Shown piece by piece: positions 1-10,642 of a stretch of 57,280 nucleotides of DNA; within the stretch, counting starts at the first letter, position 1; the number at the start of each line of letters is the position of its first letter. The stretch is from Octopus bimaculoides (lineage: Eukaryota): NCBI RefSeq assembly GCF_001194135.2, contig NC_069008.1:2115566-2172845 (forward strand). The letters are read 5' to 3'. The position numbers and the translations under genes are program-made. Under the pieces are notes generated by a model. It was not told the DNA's origin, did not search any database, and saw nothing but the letters and a program-made list of their open reading frames with translations.

Positions 1-1074
<1,074 letters not shown>

Positions 1075-1696
1075 CTCTTCAACAAAATAATAAATTAATC
1101 CTTTAAGTCTGTAACATTATCCATTGTTTCACCAATTTTCTTCTCTTAGAGCAATATATGTTTATTTTCTTGTTTCACCTTTTGTCTTTCATTTCTTCCA
1201 GCTGTTTTCCCATCAACTCTGTTTTCATCAATATCTGAAGATGCCACAAACATATTTGAAACTTCAGCCATCTTGTACATGTTACAAACTGTACAGGAGA
1301 GAAATGCTGCCATTAATCTCCATTCAGAAGAAATATTTCACTGTAGTTTACCATTGAGTTATATATTTATTGCATGTAACGTTTTTCTTTAGTCTTTAAG
1401 AGATAATTAATGTTGATGATGAATCTGATGTAAGCAATTCTTTGATGTCACACTTGTCTGATATTCTGAAATAATAGAGAGACAACAGTATAAGATATAG
1501 AAGATATCTTAATAGTAGAGATACAATAGTGGAATTGTTACTACATTTCTACAGAGATAAATTCTAGAAGTAAACATTTACCCAAACAACTGAACTTTAC
1601 ATTCCAATTTGTTATTAAATTTTCATTAAACAGCATAGTGCAAAGCCTGTATTATATATATATATATGTATCTGTGTTTGCCCTCCCCCACACACA

Positions 1697-1950
1697 ATCG
1701 CTTGACAACCGATGCTGGTGTGTTTACGTCCCCGTAACTTAGTGGTTCGGCAAAAAGAGACTGATAGAATAAATACTAGGCTTACNNNNNNNNNNACGTC
1801 CCCGTAACTTAGTGGTTCGGCAAAAAGAGACTGATAGAATAAATACTAGGCTTACAAAGAATAAGGCCTGGGGTCGATTTTCTTGACTAAAGGCGGTGCT
1901 CGAGCATGGCTGCAGTCAAATGACTGAAACAAGTAAAAGAGTAAAAGAGT
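1697..1950. mobile_element. SINE-like repeat, family D (CAGTCATTTGACTGCGGCCATGCTGGAGCACCGCC type)
   Basis: The same sequence recurs at about 7820-8005, 15870-16030, 20640-20790, 34880-35060, 40000-40165 and 45250-45420. Confidence 0.75.
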
Positions 1951-2357
1951 ATATACATATATATACACATACATACACACACACACGTGTACACATACAC
2001 ATGTACACAAAAATATTTTTGTATCATTAAACTCTATTCACATTATATTAAAATAATGGCAATCAATCAGAATGGGTCTCAGACTTGTCATTCATTCATT
2101 AGTTTTTGTGAAGAGTTTTTATTTATTTACTTTTGGTTGGGTGAAGTGTTGAAGTGGAAGTGGAGCAGAGCGTCTCTAAGAGACATGTGTAATGGCTGTA
2201 TGAACGTGCACATGGAAAATAATGGTTGTATGTATGCGTACATGAGAAATGGTTGTACATGTGTGCGTGGATGTGTTGTTTTATGTATTTGTATTCAATC
2301 ACATGCACACAAAGAAGCACGGATACCCATTATCTTTCACACAGATGCACTCCATCG

Positions 2358-2399
<42 letters not shown>

Positions 2400-2417
2400 C
2401 ATATATATATATACGCT

Positions 2418-2869
2418 GACTGGCACCCATGCCAACGTCGTCTCCTTCATTGGACACAAAACTCAGCTTGCAAAGACTTATTGGGGCAAGCAAAAATGAA
2501 ACTGTCAATGGCACCTGTGCCCAGCATCGCCTTCCTGGCACTTGTGCCAGATGGCACGTGTAAAGACATTCGAGCAAGATCGTCGCCAGTGCTGCCGAAC
2601 TGGCTCCTGGGCAGGTGGCATGTAAAATACACCATTTTGAGCGTGGCCGTTGCCAGTACCACCTGACTGGCCTTCGTGCTGGTGGCACGTAAAAGCACCT
2701 ACTACGCTCTTGGAGTGGTTGGCGTTAGGAAGGGCATCCAGCTGTAGAAACTCTGCCAGATCAGATTGGAGCCTGGTGTAGCCATCTGGTTTCACCAGTC
2801 CTCAGTCAAATCGTCCAACCCATGCTAGCGTGGAAAGCGGACGTTAAACGACGATGATGATGATGATGA
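2418..2869 (+). mobile_element. Family C repeat: RTE-LINE 3'UTR-like element with (GAT)n tail
   Basis: Ends GGAAAGCGGACGTTAAACGACGATGATGATG. Copies at about 3243-3484(-), 34557-34828, 45435-45740 and 53815-53915(-). Confidence 0.75.
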
Positions 2870-2887
2870 AAAGGAGGATAGTGAGAA

Positions 2888-3235
2888 TCTATATACTAAT
2901 ATGCTAAGGCTGCATGCATTACACCGTCATGTGGTTTGTTAGTTGAACAGACAGTTGAAGAGCAAGCAACATGAAGCAGGGGAAAGTAAAAGTAATGTGG
3001 TCAAAGCTGGAAATGAGAGAGAACGTCATAAAAATCTGTAAACATGGTTGAAAGCTATAACATTGGTGATATGAATATTCTTTGTAATCATTGCGAAGCT
3101 CATACATTTATAAATGAACTCTGAAATGCTGAGAGAATGGGAAAGTCATGCTCCCTGAATTACAGCCTTATCCAGAAGAGCTGAAAGTTTGTGTTCTTTT
3201 AATGAAAATAATGCAGAATGTGAGGTTGCAAGTCA
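2888..3235 (+). mobile_element. Helitron 5' terminus plus decayed RepHel N-terminal fragment
   Basis: A|TCTATATACTAATAT at 2888 matches the Helitron 5' TC terminus pattern. With frameshifts, 3050-3230 reads SYNIGDMNILCNHCEAHTFINE/LKC*ENGKVMLPELQPYPEELK, resembling the G.M...C.HC.A..F..E...CC..GKV.LP motif of Helitron RepHel proteins. Confidence 0.6.
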
Positions 3236-3242
3236 AAATCCT

Positions 3243-3484
3243 CATCCTCATCATCATCGTCGTTTAACGTCCGCTTTCCATGCTAGTATGGGTTGGACGA
3301 TATGACTGAGGACTGGTGAACCAGGAGGCGACACCAGGCTCCAATCTGATTTGGCAGAGTTTCTACAGCTGGATGCCCTTGCTAACGCCAACCACTCCAG
3401 GAGTGTAGTGGGTGCTTTTACGTGCCACCAGCACAAGGGCCAGTCAGGCGGGTACTGGCAACGGCCACGCTCGAAATGGTGTAA
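3243..3484 (-). mobile_element. Family C repeat, inverted relative to 2418-2869
   Basis: Begins CATCATCATCGTCGTTTAACGTCCGCTTTCCATGCTAG, the reverse complement of the 3' end of the 2418-2869 copy. Confidence 0.75.
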
Positions 3485-3620
3485 ATAAAAGAGACTGCAC
3501 ATACTCGGGAGGTGGGTGAATTTATGATAGAAGATGAGAGGTTAAAGTATGAAAGAAGAGTCCAGAGCAGAACAGGCTCCTTGCTTTTGAGGAGCTATAT
3601 GGCTATTTGCATTATCCTTA

Positions 3621-4663
3621 ATGTAGATCTTCTATGCTGGCAAGGGTTGGATGCTTTGACAGGATTCAATGGGTTCAAAGACTGCATTTAATACCCAGTG
3701 ACTGCTTTTGTATGGTTACTGTGGCCAGACTCTTTTCAAACACCAACCACTTTATAGTATGCACTAACACTACAGCGATCACCATGCTGCTTACAAGTTT
3801 TAAAACATTACTTCAAAAAGGGATACAAAGTGAGATTACTGAATAGATAAAGTCGAGGGTAAACATGGCTTCAGTGGGGTGAGAGAGAAATGGTCTTAAG
3901 AGGTTTGCTGTTGTGTTAAGTAATGAATTTGGACAAGGCAACCCTGCCATTCATATACTCACATACATATAGACAGGGAGAAAAAAAAAACAATTACGGG
4001 ATGAGAGGGGGATGAGTTTAATTGCAAACCAAACCAGAAGTTCTCTTACGGAAACCGACATGACAAAAATAATTATACTGATTTTTTTAAGGAAGCCGCT
4101 TTGCTCACATTTTAAAGCAAATGTAGGCAATTTACTTTACGTAACACGCAAAAGTTATCCTTAGATTTTAAAAAATAACAGATCAATATTTCAAATTGTA
4201 GAACTATCATTCTCTTCTTCTTACTATAATAGGCATTATATCCGTCCGTCCGTATGTCTGTCTGTCCCCTCTTCATTGTCAAACTGCTGGAGTAATGGTC
4301 ACGCAGTGAGCACTTTCACTTCTGACAGCTAATAGCATGATTGTGCCAAACTTTGTTATCCTATTGATATTATCGAAAGGAATAAGTTTCCTAATTCAAA
4401 TAAGGAAATTTGTGAACTTTGAATGTATAAGAGTATAAACAAGCGTAAACAACCCAAATAAAAGTGTATCTAAATAACATTTTTTTTTCTTAATAGTTTT
4501 TATGTAGATCTTCTATGCTGGCAAGGGTTGGATGCTTTGACAGGATTCAATGGGTTCAAAGACTGCATTTAATACCCAGTGACTGCTTTTGTATGGTTTC
4601 TGTGGCCAGATTCTTTCCAAACACCAACCACTTTATAGTACAGCGATCACCATGCTGCTTACA
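3621..4663 (+). repeat. Direct duplication of a ~160-175 bp block (3621-3795 and 4502-4663)
   Basis: Near-identical ATGTAGATCTTCTATGCTGGCAAGGG...ACCATGCTGCTTACA, 881 bp apart. The second copy lacks 13 bp (TGCACTAACACTA). Confidence 0.9.
3829..3949 (-). other. Orphan copy of the ZNF-family 3'UTR block with no adjacent finger ORF
   Basis: Matches 9955-10047 (3' of G2), including the TE junction TTGGACAAGGCAACCCTGCCA, and matches 18930-19025 (3' of G3). Confidence 0.8.
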
Positions 4664-4689
4664 TTACCATTCATACAGAGGCTGATTCC

Positions 4690-5154
4690 GGGGTCGGCGG
4701 AGACGGACTATATGTAATCTGAACCTTCCCCCCCACCTTATTTATTAATTTTTTTTACGGAATCCCACGTTTTAGGCTATGGAGATTTCGATTCTGAAAA
4801 ATAATTGTTTGAAAAATTTCACCCCCCACCACCAAGCAGGCTATTTACATGCTAGAAATAACAGCCAAATCTCACAAAACTAGTGTTAGGGTTAGGGTTA
4901 GGTTTACCCTGTGGATCTATATAAAAACCGGGGGGNNNNNNNNNNNNNNNNNNNNNNNNNNNNNNNNNNNNNNNNNNNNNNNNNNNNNNNNNNNNNNNNN
5001 NNNNGGGTGAAATTTTGAAATTGAGATTTTTGAAAAAATTTTTTCAGAATCAGAATCTCCATAGCCTAAAACGTGGGTGGGATTCCGTAAAAAAAAACAA
5101 AAAAAATAGGGGGGGGGGAAAAGGTTCAGATTACATATAGTCCATCTGGACCCC
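4690..5154. mobile_element. Foldback/MITE with ~130 bp imperfect TIRs and internal TTAGGG units
   Basis: The left end AGACGGACTATATGTAATCTGAACC... is complementary to the right end ...GGTTCAGATTACATATAGTCCATCT. A gap lies in the middle. A shorter copy is at 56365-56581. Confidence 0.8.
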
Positions 5155-5271
5155 GGGGTCAATAAAATAAGTACCAGTTGAACATTCGGCTCGATGTAAT
5201 CGACTAGTCCCCTTCCCCGAAATTGCTGGTCTTGTGCCAAAATTTGAAACCATTGTCATCTTATTTTCCAG

Positions 5272-5426
5272 ATATGCTTGCAGTTCCTCATTTTCTAATG
5301 GGCGGTATGGAGAACTGGGGCCATATTATATACAAAGAAAGCATGATGCTTACTGATGAATCTTCGTCTTCGTTTGACGAGAAGCGGTTAGTTACTATTA
5401 TTGTATGCCATGAAATAGCTCATCAG
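5272..5426 (+). CDS. Isolated internal exon of an M1-family (aminopeptidase N / ERAP-like) zinc aminopeptidase
   Basis: TTTTCCAG| acceptor and |GTAAG donor flank a 155 nt exon encoding DMLAVPHFLMGGMENWGHIIYKESMMLTDESSSSFDEKRLVTIIVCHEIAHQ. This contains the GXMEN exopeptidase motif and the HEXXH zinc motif, with no stops. Confidence 0.9.
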
Positions 5427-5792
5427 GTAAGCAAGATCTGCCAAACAGAATTGACCAGTACTGAGGTGTGTGAAATGTACAAGATGGGTAGACTTGATCG
5501 TAGAGGTAAAACGTCTGGAGAAGGAAATAGCTTTTTCCAGTGTTGTTACCTGTTTTCCCTTCTATATTACTGTATCCTTGACATGTCACAATTCAATTAT
5601 TTATACACATAATGACATATTTAAACTTCACGTTTATAAACTTACCGTTTTCAAACTGTAAATAGCGAAGCAGCTAACGTCAGACAAGACATTTTGTGTA
5701 AGTTGCTTCCCTTTATAAAATTTGCCTCTTGAATTATCCTGTAGATGGCGCTACTCACTTTTTTTTGTTTATATTTATTTCGTGTTTGGGGT

Positions 5793-6178
5793 GGAGGCGC
5801 AATGGCCCAGTGATCAAGGTAGTGGAATCGCGGTCATAGGATCCCTGTTTCGATTCCCAGACCAGGCGTTGTGAGTGTTTATTGAGCGAAAACACCTAAA
5901 GCTTCACAAGGCTCCGGCAGGGGATGGTGGCGAACCCTGCTGTACTCTTCCACCACAACTTTCTCTCACTCCTACTTCCTGTTTCTGTTGTGCCTGTAAT
6001 TCAAAGGGTCAGCCTTGTCACACTGTGTCACACTGAATATCCCCGAGAACTACGTTAAGGGTACACGTGTCTGTGGAGTGCTCAGCCACTTGCACGTTAA
6101 TTTCACGAGCAGGCTGTTCCGTTGTTCAGATCAAGTGGAACCCTCGACGTCGTAAGCGACGGAGTGCCAACAACAACA
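5793..6178 (+). mobile_element. tRNA-derived SINE, family E, full length with (CAA)n tail
   Basis: A-box-like TGGCCCAGTG and B-box-like GTTTCGATTCC. A near-identical copy lies at 55144-55522(-). Confidence 0.85.
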
Positions 6179-6404
6179 TAGTTCACAAGAATATATATTC
6201 AGTCCAAGGTGTTGATGTGGCTGCGTGTATAATATTAAAAGAATTCTTACAGATAAGAATAAATTTAGGAACTATATATTTATTGCATAAAATATATTTT
6301 ATTCACTGGTTGTCGATGAAACATAATCAAAATGTAGAAACTAACTGAATGAAATAATCTGTGCGAGAAAGTTCAGAACTCTTTATATGAGTTCGTGTGT
6401 TGAA

Positions 6405-6490
6405 GCATATTCTGTTGTGTCTGGGGAGAGTCATTCTCTTTTAGTGCCTTATAATTTAACACACTCGCCGGTAAAATTTCCACTCATTTA
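6405..6490. mobile_element. Single arm of the palindromic MITE seen at 56346-56806
   Basis: CTGTTGTGTCTGGGGAGAGTCATTCTCTTTTAGTGCCTTATAATTTAACAC...CCGGTAAAATTTCCACT matches that element's TIR. Confidence 0.75.
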
Positions 6491-7119
6491 CTTATATTTA
6501 ATATTTCACATTCTTCACTCTGTCACGCGGAAGACTATGGTTCGATTCCTCAACAGGGAATAGTCTAATAGGTGTAAAACAATATTTAGTAAACGAATAT
6601 GAAAAAAAAAAAATGCGCGCTGGCGAACGAGGCGGGTGGAGGACCAGGAAAATCCACACGATCCAATTTTTTCCCCTCAAGAAAATGGATATTCTTCTCA
6701 ACCACAGAGTTCTGAGTTCAGTCCCACTGCATGGCACCTTAGGCAAGTGTCTTCATCTTTAGCCTCGGGCTGACTAATGCGTCCTGGAGGCCGAAGGTGG
6801 CATTTCAGAGGAAAAATTATCAATGCTATAAACGAAGATGGAAACAAAAATTTGCGCACAAAATGTTTTCCATTCTATCCTCTGCATAATGGTATTAACA
6901 GAAACAATTCCAGCGAATATGTTTATAAGCCATTCAACAACACACAAAAAAAATCTGTTAGTTTCACTGCAATATTAAAATCTCATTTGCATGTAAATAT
7001 TTTCAGCGCTTTGAAACCGTGACTTGTTTCGCTGACAAAAAAGATGCAGCACGAGTTTTTGTCAGGGTCTTGTTGCGGTTTCAAAGAACGAAAATATTTA
7101 GACACAAAAGAAATTTAAA

Positions 7120-7600
7120 AGGCGGCGAGTTGGTAGAAACGTTAGCATGCTGGTTGAAATGCTTACCGGTATTTCATCTGCCGTTATGTTCTGAGTTCAA
7201 ATTCCGCCGAGGTCGACTTTGCCTTTTATCCTTTCAGGGTCGAAGCATTACAGACAGGCTAAGCAATGGAGAGACAAGCAGAATTATTATAAGATGGCAA
7301 AATGCTCTAATTGTAGTGAGAATTGCCCGTAACGTCACCTGCATAGTTTCCAATTTAGTAAGAAGGCCTGTAACTTTAGAAATGTTAGCATGCTGGGTGA
7401 AATGCTTAGCGGTATTTCGTCTGCCGCTACATTCTGAGTTCAAATTCCGCCGAGGTCGACTTTGCCTTTCATCCTTTCGGGGTCGATTATATAAGTACCA
7501 GTTACGCACCACTGGGGTCTATGTAATCGACTTAATCCGTTTGTCTCTGTCCTTGTTCGTCCCCTCGTGGGCAGTAAAGAAATAAGAAGGCCTGTAACTT
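7120..7600 (+). mobile_element. Two family A SINEs (GCCTTTCATCCTTTCGGGGTCGAT core); the second (7377-7582) has an 18 bp TSD
   Basis: tRNA-like head GGCGAGTTGGTAGAAACGTTAGC...GAGTTCAAATTCC. TSD TAAGAAGGCCTGTAACTT at 7359-7376 and 7583-7600. Confidence 0.85.
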
Positions 7601-8020
7601 GGACAGAAACGTGCAAGTAATTACAATTGATCTCAGTATACAAGTGGTACTTTATTTTATCAAATCCCTGATGGGTGATATAAAAGCCAAAGTTGATCTC
7701 AGAATACAAAGAACAACAATAAATACTGCACACTCAGCTACAGACATGCGCAGTCATTGATTGGTTGCGCATGTCTGTATGTGCACACACACACACACAC
7801 ACACACACAGTATAGTTTTTTACTCGTTTCAGTCATTTGACTGTGGCCATGCTGGAGTACTGCCTTTAGTCGAACAAATTGACCCCCAGGGCTTATTCTT
7901 TGTAAGCTTAGTACTTATTCTATCAGTACCTTTTACCTAACCGCTAAGTTAAGGGGATATAAACACACCAACATCGGTTGTCAAGAGATGGATGGAGGGG
8001 ACAAACACCGACACACACAT

Positions 8021-8051
<31 letters not shown>

Positions 8052-10034
8052 AATAAATAAGGATAAGATCGATATTTAAAATATTGATTTTATCAAGTGG
8101 CCAGCATGGGAATAAAAACCATCAAAGGTAACAATTATTTAAAATTATAATGCAGGGTATCTAAGAGATACCACCACACTGAAAAATAGCAGCCACATCT
8201 TGACTCTAAACCACAATAAATGTTCATATAGCACAAAGAGCGAAGACGAAGACAAAATAAACTAGTAAAAAAAGAATGGTAGCTTCGATAACGTGTGACA
8301 TCATTTTCTAAATAATGCTCATCTGTTATGTTCGGGTTAAAATTTCATCAACATCAAAAATATATGAATTTTCATGGGAGTTATGGCCGTTTTGCAAAGA
8401 ATATAATTTCCAAATTTCATAAAGATCCATTCAGTACTTTTGACGTAGTTTTGGATAAGAAAACAAATGACTAATGTGTGTGTTTGTGTGTGATGGGTGT
8501 ATATATATCTNNNNNNNNNNNNNNNNNNNNNNNNNNNNNNNNNNNNNNNNNNNNNNNNNNNNNNNNNNNNNNNNNNNNNNNNNNNNNNNNNNNNNNNNNN
8601 NNNNNNNNNNNNNNNNNNNNNNNNNNNNNNNNNNNNNNNNNNNNNNNNNNNNNNNNNNNNNNNNNNNNNNNNNNNNNNNNNNNNNNNNNNNNNNNNNNNN
8701 NNNNNNNNNNNNNNNNNNNNNNNNNNNNNNNNNNNNNNNNNNNNNNNNNNNNNNNNNNNNNNNNNNNNNNNNNNNNNNNNNNNNNNNNNNNNNNNNNNNN
8801 NNNNNNNNNNNNNNNNNNNNNNNNNNNNNNNNNNNNNNNNNNNNNNNNNNNNNNNNNNNNNNNNNNNNNNNNNNNNNNNNNNNNNNNNNNNNNNNNNNNN
8901 NNNNNNNNNNNNNNNNNNNNNNNNNNNNNNNNNNNNNNNNNNNNNNNNNNNNNNNNNNNNNNNNNNNNNNNNNNNNNNNNNNNNNNNNNNNNNNNNNNNN
9001 NNNNNNNNNNNNNNNNNNNNNNNNNNNNNNNNNNNNNNNNNNNNNNNNNNNNNNNNNNNNNNNNNNNNNNNNNNNNNNNNNNNNNNNNNNNNNNNNNNNN
9101 NNNNNNNNNNNNNNNNNNNNNNNNNNNNNNNNNNNNNNNNNNNNNNNNNNNNNNNNNNNNNNNNNNNNNNNNNNNNNNNNNNNNNNNNNNNNNNNNNNNN
9201 NNNNNNNNNNNNNNNNNNNNNNNNNNNNAAAATAATAACTGAAATAAGTAAAAGATGAAAGATAAAACAAACTATTTTATCAGTTCTGTTTGAAGCTATT
9301 TTTTCCAAAATGGCTGTCAAAGTGTTTTGATATCAATTTTAATGTTGTCTGCTCATTTCATTTAAGCAGTTTTCCTCTTTACTGCGTTTTTATTTCACTT
9401 TCCATTAAACAATTTCAAAATATATTGAAATAATAAGTGAATTCAGAAAAAAAAAAGGAGAAAATATATCACTGGAAATTATTACAATAACAATTTTATT
9501 CTCTATTAAGTACAAGTGCCAATTCATTCAACAAAAATACGTCAAAGTGGTGCCCCAGCATGGCTACAGTCTAATGACCGAAGCAACTAAAAAATATAAA
9601 GGATGGTAATGAATTAGTTTAACACTATTGGCCTTTTACAACTGTTTATTGCTTAGGTTAAACCGTCTGAAAAAAGTTCTCCAAGCAACACCAAAAGAAA
9701 CTCAAAACCTCTTTCATGAGGATTAGGGTAACTTTATCACATCACAAGAGGGACCAAACTATACACACTGGTTTTTCCCTAAAAATGTCAATGCTTTGTG
9801 TTTCTAGCATCATTGTTCAACAAAGTGTAAATGTTAGTGCCATTTAGATCAGTGGTACTCAATTGGGATCCATATAAGATTTTGGTGGGGTCCATGCTAG
9901 CAAAATAGGAAATTTGGGATCAACAGTAGTGTTTTGAGGGTCCATGAAAAGTCCAGGGTAAACATTGCTTCAGTGGGGTGGGGGAGAAATGGTCTTAAGA
10001 GGTTTGTTGTTGTGTTAAGTAATGAATTTGGACA

Positions 10035-10638
10035 AGGCAACCCTGCCAGTGGCACATAAAAACCCTTTGAAAATTGGGCCACATGGAGGTGATATGCTGT
10101 GCTTGAGAAAACTCGTTAAGCCAAGTGAAATTGTATTTGTGGCTGATGCCAACGGCATGCAAAATGCATCCTTCGAACGTTGGACCTCACAGAGGTGATT
10201 AGTGACCAAAACCTTTGGCAATATAGTGTGCTTGAGAAGACTCATCGAGCCAAGGGAAATCAAGGTTGTGGCTGATGCCAATGTCACATAACAAGCACCC
10301 ATGCCAGCAGTATATAAAAAGCACCCTTCCAAAGCTGGACCTTATGGAGGTGATAAGTCACTGAGATCTTTGGCAATATGCTGTGCTTGAGAAGGACTCG
10401 TCAAGCCAAGTGAAAAGGTAGTTGTGGCCAATGCCAGTGTCATCTAACTGGCACCTGTGCTGGTGGCACATAAAAAGCACCCATTACACTCTTGGAGTGG
10501 TTGGCGTTAGGAAGAGCATCCAGCTGTAGAAACCTTGCCAGGTCAGATTGGAAGCTGGTGCAGCTCCCCAGCTTACCAGTTTGAATCACACTGTTTAACC
10601 CATACCAGCATGGAAAGCAGACGCTAAATGGTGATGAC
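10035..10638 (+). mobile_element. Family C / RTE 3'UTR element with three tandem internal modules, inserted just after the G2 stop codon
   Basis: GTGCTTGAGAA(G/A)...AGCCAAG(T/G)GAAA...TTGTGGC(T/C)(G/A)ATGCCA recurs near 10100, 10225 and 10382. The element ends with the family C tail at about 10638. Confidence 0.75.
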
Positions 10639-10642
10639 ACAG

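Noticed and set aside
1726-1855. Exact 60 bp direct repeat
   Set aside because: The two copies sit on either side of a 10-N gap, typical of an unmerged contig overlap.
2360-2412. (TA)n, (CA)n and (GA)n microsatellites here and elsewhere
   Set aside because: Ordinary simple repeats, mostly SINE tails or gap edges.
4883-4900. TTAGGG repeats (also near 15440 and 56543) as telomere or interstitial telomere sites
   Set aside because: Only 2-3 units each, and at two of the three sites they are internal to one TIR element family.
5223-5612. The 129 aa ORF as a complete protein
   Set aside because: Only 5272-5426 is peptidase-like. The flanks are SINE tail and intron sequence beyond the splice sites.
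5793-5865. tRNA genes at SINE heads (also near 7120, 12443, 21415, 30665, 55450)
   Set aside because: A/B-box-like motifs run directly into SINE bodies, and no complete cloverleaf is evident.
7019-7585. 188 aa ORF with an internal repeat
   Set aside because: It reads through two family A SINE copies; similar peptides arise wherever this SINE occurs.
8337-9320. Long ORFs spanning N runs (also 4917-5240, 13854-14241, 20741-21070, 45723-46190)
   Set aside because: Artefacts of translating assembly gaps.
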